A DNA stretch of 60,510 nt, the filler included, from Stramenopiles sp. TOSAG23-2 (lineage: Eukaryota): assembly GCA_900128395.1 (NCBI GenBank). It is 4 parts of 4 records of this genome, joined end to end, with 100 filler letters (N's around TTAATTAATTAA, not from the genome) between each part and the next. Parts side by side here need not be neighbours in the genome. Positions count along the whole stretch, not along the records: positions 45,494 to 60,510 come from LT649732.1; 3 more parts are not named here. One strand, 5' to 3'. This document shows positions 53,101 through 60,510 of the stretch, piece by piece (position 1 is the first letter of the stretch; each line of letters starts with the position of its first letter). A model generated the notes under the pieces. The model was not told the origin of the DNA. It searched no databases and was given only the letters and a program-made list of their open reading frames with translations. The translations under genes were made by a program, and so were the position numbers.

Positions 53101-53450
53101 TTAATACCACTCGTACTAGATGTGGTAGTAGTAGTAGTAGTAGTAGTATTTGTTATTAATATCGGTGATGTATTTTTATTCGTTCTTGGCATTTGTTCTC
53201 CTCTACTACTTGTTGTATTATTATTCAATAAGGAAGCTATTTTATCATCCAGCAAACTAGATGAAACAGATGATTTAGACGAAGAGTAATTGCTTGTATT
53301 CAAATTCTTTCGGCCTGCATTATTATTATTTGTATTATTATTATTATTATTAACACCGCTTTCTTTCATCATATTTATTGCTTGTTCTTGTGATATAATA
53401 CCTTGATTTACTAACGCTTGTAAATCACTTGTTAATTGTTTCCTGTCCAT
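49998..53450 (-). CDS. Large low-complexity/coiled-coil protein with EF-hand-like motifs and a p25alpha/TPPP-like segment
   Basis: Coiled coil EKKLREQNRSL..LEQ; LDSNNNETINVHQF and VDPQGDGIIFGNNL (EF-like); IDYERWMNFSKNCGLV..LSRRQIEALF..RINFQMFLQLL. Confidence 0.75.
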   Translation of the reverse strand: MDRKQLTSDLQALVNQGIISQEQAINMMKESGVNNNNNNTNNNNAGRKNLNTSNYSSSKSSVSSSLLDDKIASLLNNNTTSSRGEQMPRTNKNTSPILITNTTTTTTTTTSSTSGINNTTTKKSNSQNNTNLNTLVVPNSKRKAPITLIAPSNDTSVTNNISSSQNSQVKRPTSATTFSDSLSIQTNTRSITMAQEEEFQAIDNVVGNKKLRSVTTTNIKHKQNVVQNTQTQRPRSTGHEDSEKKHLYPTHRQSKAEDSEKKHLYPTHRQTKSEIPYDKSNAVGYDEIFSSLQYQQKQQKSTDDRKSPGTIDRNAGSSGRNSKSPNIMQNGSSSKPRTKSTTPSRNSALSKLLLKKEKDINTVKAVFLVNGVDKSWMSRRLQRAFDQWIMYANMLRNREMADRITISRKQEEELHGASLRKITQEFVRVSEKISNFDRTEKKLREQNRSLNTKVLTLEEQMTKMKEANQTLKDKLGNTEKNLEQVIASRRQKGYNGNNNNNREKDDVLVNSVIDVMEDSLRVLDVDKNKNSRGNNTSGNDMMQTADVKNRNNKRPRLRSPINFNVQQQQQYSNRPSSNSRKEEEEEGQEEKGEIIEKSNSNNEQVGITMEELENIQLKMQNHCRKNNIVIDLVFTDNEKQFGKDIVAFVETLETIGLSLNILEGFELVGLLKILDSNNNETINVHQFVQFLSMVPDEGNNDVIRRSDNNNATHNSSTRPDNRTPRHKQHYILDRNIYNTRKSSVINDYFHNNRRSFINLYKNFANTNSSNPWIDYERWMNFSKNCGLVTGHLSRRQIEALFKQSSSTTGRGRINFQMFLQLLVNCASTMSGPYQYVEERMAFLFKRFGECGHSIPNGNMILTRVLQTKAVETSPWNTPMMSGNAGKSNKIESMEDNLGSPAMEYDSIPPQRQQQEGKQQQYRFDASSSNAGGFNFNVATPSSTAYSISSSSNRSYGTPVFGQTPIEELGVRDISTLKAKLNTVAKLSSASTFRKFLMVQPSPSLSYTRFTRLIRESLRKSGYAFSGNEAAYLLRAVDPQGDGIIFGNNLKKFLGIAMSPRQPQWGSPSAQLTNINKSFSNRDTYVERQRRSQQPQRHPQQQQEQQQSRRPRRLDHNNSRQVMSNAKKLNDLRNMLEQSLGDTNTTKQKTS
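52629..52734 (-). repeat. Imperfect 51-bp intragenic repeat (EDSEKKHLYPTHRQ x2)
   Basis: Two in-frame copies with 2 mismatches. Confidence 0.85.
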
Positions 53451-53574
53451 CGTTTTTTTACTTGTTGTTTTCTATTTATATATTAATATTGACAATGTTT
53501 TGATAGATAGACAATGATAATATTTTAATTGTTTTGTTTTATTATTCTATTATGATCTATGTGACATACAGTAG

Positions 53575-55968
53575 AATGAATATGATGATATATGGTGTGC
53601 AGCACGACGTGGTGATAGAAAAGCAGTACGAGCATTTATAAATAACGGGGCGGACCCTGATATAGAAGATGAGTGTGGGAATCCACCGTTATATTATTCA
53701 TTGTTATATGGTCATAAAAAAATATGCAAAGATTTAGTAAGAGAAGGAGCAAATATACATTCAGTACCGCATATAACTGTTGAAAAAATAGACGATTTGC
53801 AAAAATATAAATTGCCTGAAAAAAATGAATATAAAAACAATAGAACACCATCAATAATAGAAGAAAAAATGAAAAAGATATACATCAATAATAATAATAA
53901 TAATAGAAACGAAGACGATGGAACAGCATCAATATACACAAGCAATAATACAAGTTATGATACATCCTCTATTGCAAGTAGTATGAGAATGGATACATTT
54001 AGTTTAGTCGTGCCGAAAATTAGAACACCAAAGAAGAAAAAAGTACAAATGTCAGATGCGTTGAAGGAAGCACGTGAAAATATGATACAAACAAAAGGAG
54101 AAGAATGGGTGAAAAAATTAAATAAAATGGCAATGGAAAAAGAGGCACGAGTAGAGAAAAAGAAGTGGATATCAAAAGTAAATCGAGCATTCTGGTTGCA
54201 ACAGCGAGAGCTGCATGAACGAAAATGGATGGCAAAACATAATATGGTTGATGCAGAAGTACGTTTTACGGACGATCAAAGAAGAGAATTACGAAAATGG
54301 TTTGAAACATTAGATACAGATGGTAGCGGTGAAATTTCGTTTGTTGAGCTTGCGGGTCCTTTATTATCTACAGGAATCGCGACTACACAACGTGAAGTTA
54401 GAGATATTATTGACAGGCATAAGTCACCTATTTCAGGTGGTATAGATTTTGAAGCCTTCATGTCATTGTTGAAGCCTAGTAAAGCATCCCAAATTCGTAA
54501 ATTGTATACACGTGCTAAAAAAGAAACATTAGATAAATTAATACTCAAAGCAGAGGAGGAGGAAAAACATTCTGCCGCTAGGGATGCATTTGATAAATTG
54601 CGCAGGCAATTATCAGATGCCGAAACGTCTGCAAATTTGGAATTAGACTCTTTAATTGCTAAAACACGACGTGATAAAATTATAGATCAATTAAAAACTC
54701 CTATATTATCGTACGAAGATTATGAAGAAGAGGAACATGAAGATGATAATGATGATGAAGCACCATCCTCACCTGTACCTAGTAGCCCGAAGAACGCAAT
54801 TCCTAAAAGTAGCCATAATATGAATGCAAGTCCTAATAAGTTTAAAAAAAATTTGCTTGGACATTTAAAGGGCACTATTACTAAGGTTATTGGTGCACAA
54901 CAGCATAAATCTCGCAAAACAGTTGTTCGCGCGTCTACGATGGCGACAAAATTGAAAGAAAAGAAGACAAACGTTGCTGCTGTTGAATATAAAAAAAAAT
55001 TGAAGCAAAAAAAAATCGCACGTGAAAAATTGCGTAGATTAGATAATTTAAGATGTTTGCAACGGGTTGTTAAAGGTAGTTTGTTATCTGGCACGAGAGT
55101 ATCGTATTTTGACGGGGAATTACCAGAACAGGAGGTTGATAAGATCAAAGTATATAATTCATTCTCTCAACTATTGCCAACTTTAAAGCCACCGTCACAA
55201 CTACGTGCTATGGAAAGACATCGTCAATGGAATTTTTGGTTAAATCGTGCAACTGGTGATTTTAGTAGTAGTACGCCAAGAAGCGAAGAGGAAAAAAGTC
55301 CAGTACCTAACACAGAGCGTAAATTTGATATATTAGGTGGCGAGTCACCATATAGTTACCATCGATCAATTATTACGGAAGAAGCGCAATCTGGTGATTA
55401 TCAAGCTATGGAAGAAGGATATGATATTGAAGATTTGTATAAAGATGGTGACGAAAGTGCAGAAGAAGAAGAAGAAGAAGACGAAGTTAAACCTCTTCTT
55501 GTTTTACCAACTACACCGATAAAAAAAGAAATTGGTCGTAGCTCCTCTCTTATTATGAGTAATGGTCGTTCAGCAATAGCAACTGAGAATATCTTATCAC
55601 CATATCAAGTAAATATTGAACGTCGGTATTCAAAATTTTTAAAACCATCTCGGGCTGATATTATAAGGCAACAGAAGTATAAGCATAGAAAATTGCGTCT
55701 TGAAGCTTTAAATGATTCCGAGAAAAGAAGAAAAAGTATTAAACAACGCAAATTACAAAAAACTCAATCGGAAGCTTCTATTAGCAATAATTTCAGACGT
55801 AGATCTTCTTCTAAGAAGAAAGGTAGCAATAATAATATATTGCAACATAGTATGAGTATGTCTAATGTTGATGATGATAGAAACAATCGCCCACCTGCAT
55901 TTAATATAACATTAGGGCCGATTGAATCTAAAATATTTGAAATAAATGGAAGTAACAAAGTTGTTTGA
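53575..55968 (+). CDS. Ankyrin-repeat + EF-hand protein (true start unresolved)
   Basis: The frame is open from 53575: IWCAARRGDRKAVRAFINNGADPDIEDECGNPPLYYSLLYGHKKICKDLVREGAN (ankyrin). EF-hands LRKWFETLDTDGSGEISFVEL and GGIDFEAFMSLL. Confidence 0.8.
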   Translation, partial: NEYDDIWCAARRGDRKAVRAFINNGADPDIEDECGNPPLYYSLLYGHKKICKDLVREGANIHSVPHITVEKIDDLQKYKLPEKNEYKNNRTPSIIEEKMKKIYINNNNNNRNEDDGTASIYTSNNTSYDTSSIASSMRMDTFSLVVPKIRTPKKKKVQMSDALKEARENMIQTKGEEWVKKLNKMAMEKEARVEKKKWISKVNRAFWLQQRELHERKWMAKHNMVDAEVRFTDDQRRELRKWFETLDTDGSGEISFVELAGPLLSTGIATTQREVRDIIDRHKSPISGGIDFEAFMSLLKPSKASQIRKLYTRAKKETLDKLILKAEEEEKHSAARDAFDKLRRQLSDAETSANLELDSLIAKTRRDKIIDQLKTPILSYEDYEEEEHEDDNDDEAPSSPVPSSPKNAIPKSSHNMNASPNKFKKNLLGHLKGTITKVIGAQQHKSRKTVVRASTMATKLKEKKTNVAAVEYKKKLKQKKIAREKLRRLDNLRCLQRVVKGSLLSGTRVSYFDGELPEQEVDKIKVYNSFSQLLPTLKPPSQLRAMERHRQWNFWLNRATGDFSSSTPRSEEEKSPVPNTERKFDILGGESPYSYHRSIITEEAQSGDYQAMEEGYDIEDLYKDGDESAEEEEEEDEVKPLLVLPTTPIKKEIGRSSSLIMSNGRSAIATENILSPYQVNIERRYSKFLKPSRADIIRQQKYKHRKLRLEALNDSEKRRKSIKQRKLQKTQSEASISNNFRRRSSSKKKGSNNNILQHSMSMSNVDDDRNNRPPAFNITLGPIESKIFEINGSNKVV

Positions 55969-56336
55969 TATATATGAGACAAACAAAACAACAAATTATA
56001 AATTAAAAGTATAAACGGGCGAGTGTCAGTGGGTTTTACAGATGCAAAAATTTGAAAATACATGTACACAGCACTAGCCCAGCTAGCTATACTATTCATA
56101 ATATTATATTTTTTACTCCTCTCCTCTTCTTACCACAACAACAACGACATAAATAACACACTATCATATATAGCATACCTGGCATATATAATAATACTCA
56201 AAAATATATATTATTATATAAATATCAGATGTATAATGATAATAATGGAATATAAATTTTTATATAATAAAATCAAACGATATTTAAATTGGTGTATCAA
56301 ATTGTCTATCAATATAGAATATATATAAAAATAACC

Positions 56337-58409
56337 ATGTCGAATGCCAATGAAACAGGGAAAAACGTAGCTGATACCATGGATGTTTCTATTACAGTGG
56401 ATGACGAAAAGGTGAAAACAACAGACGTTGAAATTGAACTGACTTCAGCAACGAAAACCGAAGATACCAATACATCAGTTCAAAAGAAGAATAATGAAAA
56501 AGTCGGAACAACGAAAGTAAAAAAATTAAAGCATAAGCGAAAAATTGAAGTATCGTTGTTGGAATTATTTGATACGCTTGATTTTAATGATAGTGGTTAT
56601 TTAAGTAACAATGAAATTATAGTTGGTTTACACATGCTTGGGGTGAATTGTCAACCAAAAAAGGTAATTAGTGCTTTGAAAAAAATTCACTCTGCCAACC
56701 TCGAACGTGGCACAATGGATTGTGACCAGTTTTTATCATTTATGCAATTAATTGCGGAAACTCATGATCTTGAATTATTGAATACATTAATTGAAGTCTT
56801 AAACTCTGGCAGAATAACATCCCTGTCTATTAACGCAAAATTGACAGATCATAAAGTTGCAGTGGAAAAACGTGTTGCAAATTCTAAAGCTAGCGCGGTA
56901 GTTCTGGAAAAGCCGTTGTCTTATATGGAAAGACAAAACAAAAAGCATACAGCGAGTTTAGCAGATGAAAATTTCGATGAGGTAAAAAGTGCAAGACGGA
57001 AGATATGGGAATTTTTTATGATGGGAAAGAATTTTTATTTCACAGTCGTTATTGGTTGGATTTTAATGGGAACTCTTATTTATTGCGTTACCAATGGCTG
57101 GGATTTTGGTCGATCATTTTATTATAGTGTACAAGCTGGCCTTAGTATTGGTTTTGGCAGTCTAAGCGAAGATAAGTTGACTGGAACGGATCTATGGGGT
57201 GGGTGTACCACTAATGTTACTGAATTAATAAGTATGCTGTATGAACAATATCCAAGCGGGATATTGCCGAATACAGATGCCGGAGAAATTTGTGCTAGTT
57301 ATGCAGAAAAAAATACATTGGCTGATATATCAAAATTGTATAGTGTCGTCCATTTAATGTTAGGAGCTAGCATTATATCCGGCGTATTGAGTCTATTTGC
57401 AACCATGGCTGTTGAAAGCTCGAGTGTATGGTATGATGAGCTTAGTGATGAAATTAAAGAAGGGTTGGAGGATGTAAAGAAACAATATGCAGTTGGATCT
57501 GATAGTCGTGTAGAAATAGAGGCTGTTATTAGTTGTTATAGTAAATTATCCTTAGCGTACAGACGCAATCGAAGCATGTGGAATTCAGTTGTGCTTTTGT
57601 TTCTATGGCTGACTGTTGGAGTTATATATGGCGTCGTAAAAGAAAAATGGAGTTTTATTACATCGCTGTACTACGCATCTGCAGCATGCAGCACAGGTGG
57701 CTTGCAAGGACCTACACCGGATGATACTGGTGTATGGTTTTCTGCTATTTATTGTATCATTGGTGTCCCAATCTATGGATATACATTAGGACAGTTCGCG
57801 AATGGTCTCTCGGAGTCTTATCTGAAACGTATGAAAAAAGATACATTGGCATCTGCTATTACAGCAGCTGAGTTTTCCGTTGTGAGCACGTTAAGAGGCC
57901 ATGGTAATCATAGTCATGGAGCAAAAGCACATGGTGGTATAGATTTATTTGATTTCACACTCATGGAATTATATCGATTACGCAAAACGGACGATGAAGA
58001 AATTCAAGAAATATTTCAAAATTTTGAGGCATTGGATGCGGATCAAAATGGCATTTTCACAAGAAGTGAAATGCAAGCTGCGTTAGCATTTGCAAAGCAT
58101 GATAAAGATAATTCGACAACATTGTCATTATCTGAAATGAAAGTTTTAATCCATGAGTTGCAACATGAACGCTCCTTTGAATATGAAGGCTTAACAATGT
58201 TACCAAAGGATAATGAATATACTACACATGAAATTAAATTGAAGATGAAACAATTTAATGATCCAGATGACGATAAAATAGTATTGGATCGTACAGAGTT
58301 TATGAAATTTTGGAGTAAGGAATTCGAAGACCAAATAAAAAATGCTCCATTGGGAGGAACCATGATGGACGTCCCTCTATCTCATTTCTTTTTTTGTGAT
58401 TTTTCATAG
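56337..58409 (+). CDS. Two-pore-domain (4TM/2P) K+ channel-like protein with N- and C-terminal EF-hands and an atypical second filter
   Basis: EF FDTLDFNDSGYLSNNEI; P1 WDFGRSFYYSVQAGLSIGFG; P2 WSFITSLYYASAACSTGGLQGP; EF LDADQNGIFTRSEM and HDKDNSTTLSLSEM; ATG at 56337. Confidence 0.85.
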   Translation: MSNANETGKNVADTMDVSITVDDEKVKTTDVEIELTSATKTEDTNTSVQKKNNEKVGTTKVKKLKHKRKIEVSLLELFDTLDFNDSGYLSNNEIIVGLHMLGVNCQPKKVISALKKIHSANLERGTMDCDQFLSFMQLIAETHDLELLNTLIEVLNSGRITSLSINAKLTDHKVAVEKRVANSKASAVVLEKPLSYMERQNKKHTASLADENFDEVKSARRKIWEFFMMGKNFYFTVVIGWILMGTLIYCVTNGWDFGRSFYYSVQAGLSIGFGSLSEDKLTGTDLWGGCTTNVTELISMLYEQYPSGILPNTDAGEICASYAEKNTLADISKLYSVVHLMLGASIISGVLSLFATMAVESSSVWYDELSDEIKEGLEDVKKQYAVGSDSRVEIEAVISCYSKLSLAYRRNRSMWNSVVLLFLWLTVGVIYGVVKEKWSFITSLYYASAACSTGGLQGPTPDDTGVWFSAIYCIIGVPIYGYTLGQFANGLSESYLKRMKKDTLASAITAAEFSVVSTLRGHGNHSHGAKAHGGIDLFDFTLMELYRLRKTDDEEIQEIFQNFEALDADQNGIFTRSEMQAALAFAKHDKDNSTTLSLSEMKVLIHELQHERSFEYEGLTMLPKDNEYTTHEIKLKMKQFNDPDDDKIVLDRTEFMKFWSKEFEDQIKNAPLGGTMMDVPLSHFFFCDFS

Positions 58410-59839
58410 TCATCATATCGTTTCATAATCTCGTTAATTTCACTTTTTTCACACATGCCTAATATGTATATCATATTTGTTAAAAATTCTACACGATCTA
58501 ATTGCCCATCCCCATTTTCATCCATATTTAAAATTGCCGTTTTATTAATTTTGCCTTGTAAGATTCTTTTTCTCATCTTCTGCGTTTTGATTTGTACGTA
58601 TGTTTCGGATATACTTGATAAAACACGTCCAACATATGTAAACCCAAAGACAAGAAAAAACAAGCAAAAAAACCTTCCATAATCAGTTTCAGGGCTCATA
58701 TCTCCATAACCAATAGTTAACAATGTAATCATAGATACATATAATGAATCAATAAAATTCCAACCCTCTAAATACATAAAAGCAAATGTGCCCACAAATA
58801 ACGTGCAAAGTAATATTAGCAGCATTCCTAATATATCATATACTTTCTTTTTCATAGAATTATCTAATAATGTTCCATTATTTTTCCCGTCAACCTTCTC
58901 CATCGTGTCTTCAATCATAATAGACTTCATACTTTTATCCGCAGGAGAAACTTTACTCATTTTATTTTTTAATTTTTGTTTTTTCTTGCGGTCACTCATT
59001 TTTTTACAGCAACCACGCATCCTATTGTATAGTGTTATTATGTACGAAAGTATATTATTGAAGCACACACCTCCAACTGCAACTCCAAAGATACCTGTAC
59101 AGGTAACAAATATTTTTCCTAAATCTGTATCTGGAGACAAATCTCCATAACCTACTGTCGAGAATGTTACTACAGCAAAATACATGCCATATGTAAAGTA
59201 CCAATCTTCAAACAAACTGAAGAATACAGCATATCCAGCAATAAATATGCCTAATACACCTACACTAACTAAAAAATTACCAATGCTGCCTTCATCATCT
59301 AATACAATACTCCCTTCGATAACAAGTTCCTCTGCCCTTTCTATTGTTAGTTTACATTTACCGCTAGGGATACTTTTGGCTGTTGGCTCCTTATTGTTGG
59401 TATAACTAATTTCTACTTTCATGATAATAATTCCAACGAATTTGCCTTTTGCCTTAATTGGAAGTTCTATGTCTTTCTCCTTGGTCCCTTCTTTCGCATA
59501 TTTCATTAAATTAAAAGTGTTTGAACCGATCAGATCATCAGCGCCTATGTAGTCTTTATCCCAAGCACTAATTGTGACAACTAACTTATTATCTTCATTA
59601 TCTGTATATGGTGTATTTGGAAATTCTAATTCCAGTACATTGTCTAACATTGAAAAGTCACAGTCTGTACCACCATCTTTGGCAACCTCCGTTTCTTTGA
59701 CCTGCCTCGTTGCCCCCTTGTCAATAGATGCACGAACGTACGGATCAATCTCATCAGGGCCGAACATATGAGACTTCTTCACTCTATTGTGTTGTTTCCT
59801 TGTTTTATCCGAAGCTCTTGTTGATGTTACACTTGACAT
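58382..59839 (-). CDS. C2-domain two-pore K+ channel (TPK/KCO-like) with a C-terminal EF-hand
   Basis: C2: IDPYVRA..ETEV.KDGG..VTISAWDKDYIGADDLIG; P1 YFAVVTFSTVGYGDLSP; P2 FIDSLYVSMITLLTIGYGDMSP; EF MDENGDGQLDRVEF. Confidence 0.92.
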   Translation of the reverse strand: MSSVTSTRASDKTRKQHNRVKKSHMFGPDEIDPYVRASIDKGATRQVKETEVAKDGGTDCDFSMLDNVLELEFPNTPYTDNEDNKLVVTISAWDKDYIGADDLIGSNTFNLMKYAKEGTKEKDIELPIKAKGKFVGIIIMKVEISYTNNKEPTAKSIPSGKCKLTIERAEELVIEGSIVLDDEGSIGNFLVSVGVLGIFIAGYAVFFSLFEDWYFTYGMYFAVVTFSTVGYGDLSPDTDLGKIFVTCTGIFGVAVGGVCFNNILSYIITLYNRMRGCCKKMSDRKKKQKLKNKMSKVSPADKSMKSIMIEDTMEKVDGKNNGTLLDNSMKKKVYDILGMLLILLCTLFVGTFAFMYLEGWNFIDSLYVSMITLLTIGYGDMSPETDYGRFFCLFFLVFGFTYVGRVLSSISETYVQIKTQKMRKRILQGKINKTAILNMDENGDGQLDRVEFLTNMIYILGMCEKSEINEIMKRYDDYEKSQKKK

Positions 59840-59979
59840 ATTGATTTCTTCAAATATTTTGTTTTAGTTATCGATGTATACTCTATTGTGTTGTTTCCTT
59901 GTTTTATCCGAAGCTCTTGTTGATGTTACACTTGACATATTGATTTCTTCAAATATTTTGTTTTAGTTATCGATGTATA
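59781..59979 (+). repeat. Perfect tandem duplication, 2 x 99 bp, spanning the channel start codon
   Basis: Units start at 59781 and 59880. Confidence 0.95.
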
Positions 59980-60510
59980 TGGTATTATCTATCTATATCT
60001 ATATCTGTATATTTGTATGTATATATGTATGTCTATGTACTTATATATGCATGTATGCAATCATACAATATTTGATGTCTTCTTGATATGTTGAAGTGTA
60101 GTTGTAGTTTATGCGTTACATGTCTTTCAGTCTATCTTACACTATATATTAAACCACCATCAAGTATAATTTAAAGTTAATAAAGTCATATGTTAATGTA
60201 ATGCACTAATGTGCCTCATAAATAACCAAAACCATTTTATTAATACGGCTATTATCTTTTGCTTATATTTCCATGCTAATCCACAGACGGAAAAACGCAC
60301 AAGTTAATACTAATTTTTTATGTACTGCTAATACTATTATGTTTTTAACTAAAGTAAAAAGTTAGTATAGTGTATAGTAACAACTATTCCCTGCCCAGAT
60401 GTTAATGTGTATAGGGGTTTCAAATGTATAAAGGAATCATAATGAAAATATATAGAAAATTAAGTAAATGAATAAAATTTATTTTAAGTATATATATCAG
60501 TACAAGTCTC

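Noticed and set aside
24150-53600. Programmed frameshifting or stop-codon reassignment as an explanation for the three broken 5' ends (24150, 37337, 53572)
   Set aside because: The sites share no slippery motif and all lie in homopolymer or AT runs. TAA, TAG and TGA each terminate conserved genes normally, so indel errors are more parsimonious.
425-53960. Poly-Asn/Ser/Thr tracts as a special functional system
   Set aside because: Genome-wide trinucleotide slippage typical of AT-rich protists; present even in uL15m and RPC5.
1594-59771. Numerous 60-150 aa ORFs rich in poly-Leu, Ile, Tyr or Met overlapping the main genes
   Set aside because: Shadow frames of (AAT)n, (AGT)n and (GAT)n tracts on the opposite strand or in other frames; no motifs.
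46225-59979. Direct repeats as a possible CRISPR array or LTRs
   Set aside because: Two-copy adjacent duplications with no spacers, no cas or RT genes, and no TG...CA termini.

Overview
AT-rich, gene-dense, almost intron-free eukaryotic nuclear DNA. It is probably from a flagellated protist such as an uncultured stramenopile (inferred from BBS12, Tim10, uL15m, RPC5, poly-Asn tracts and one GT-AG intron). The window is four unrelated contigs of about 15 kb (1-15089, 15190-30243, 30344-45393, 45494-60510) joined by artificial N44-TTAATTAATTAA-N44 linkers, so gene neighbourhood is only meaningful within a contig. About 27 protein genes are supported; I saw no tRNA, rRNA, CRISPR array or intact transposase. 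Highlights: (1) a convergent, 3'-overlapping pair of EF-hand two-pore K+-channel genes, one with a non-canonical STGGLQG filter and a Cys-bounded pore-loop insert, the other fused to a C2 domain, within a run of four EF-hand genes; (2) a candidate protist member of the 7TM ion channel superfamily (insect OR/GR, DUF3537); (3) a 1692-aa FN3-TPR-WD40-LysM protein with an unnamed 3x HxxxQRF repeat; (4) a giant Cys-rich receptor-like protein with an HDxxxDC repeat and an EF-hand; (5) a non-coding repeat family shared between contigs; (6) seven perfect tandem duplications confined to the last contig, probably assembly artefacts. All protein calls come from motif recognition by eye, not database searches.
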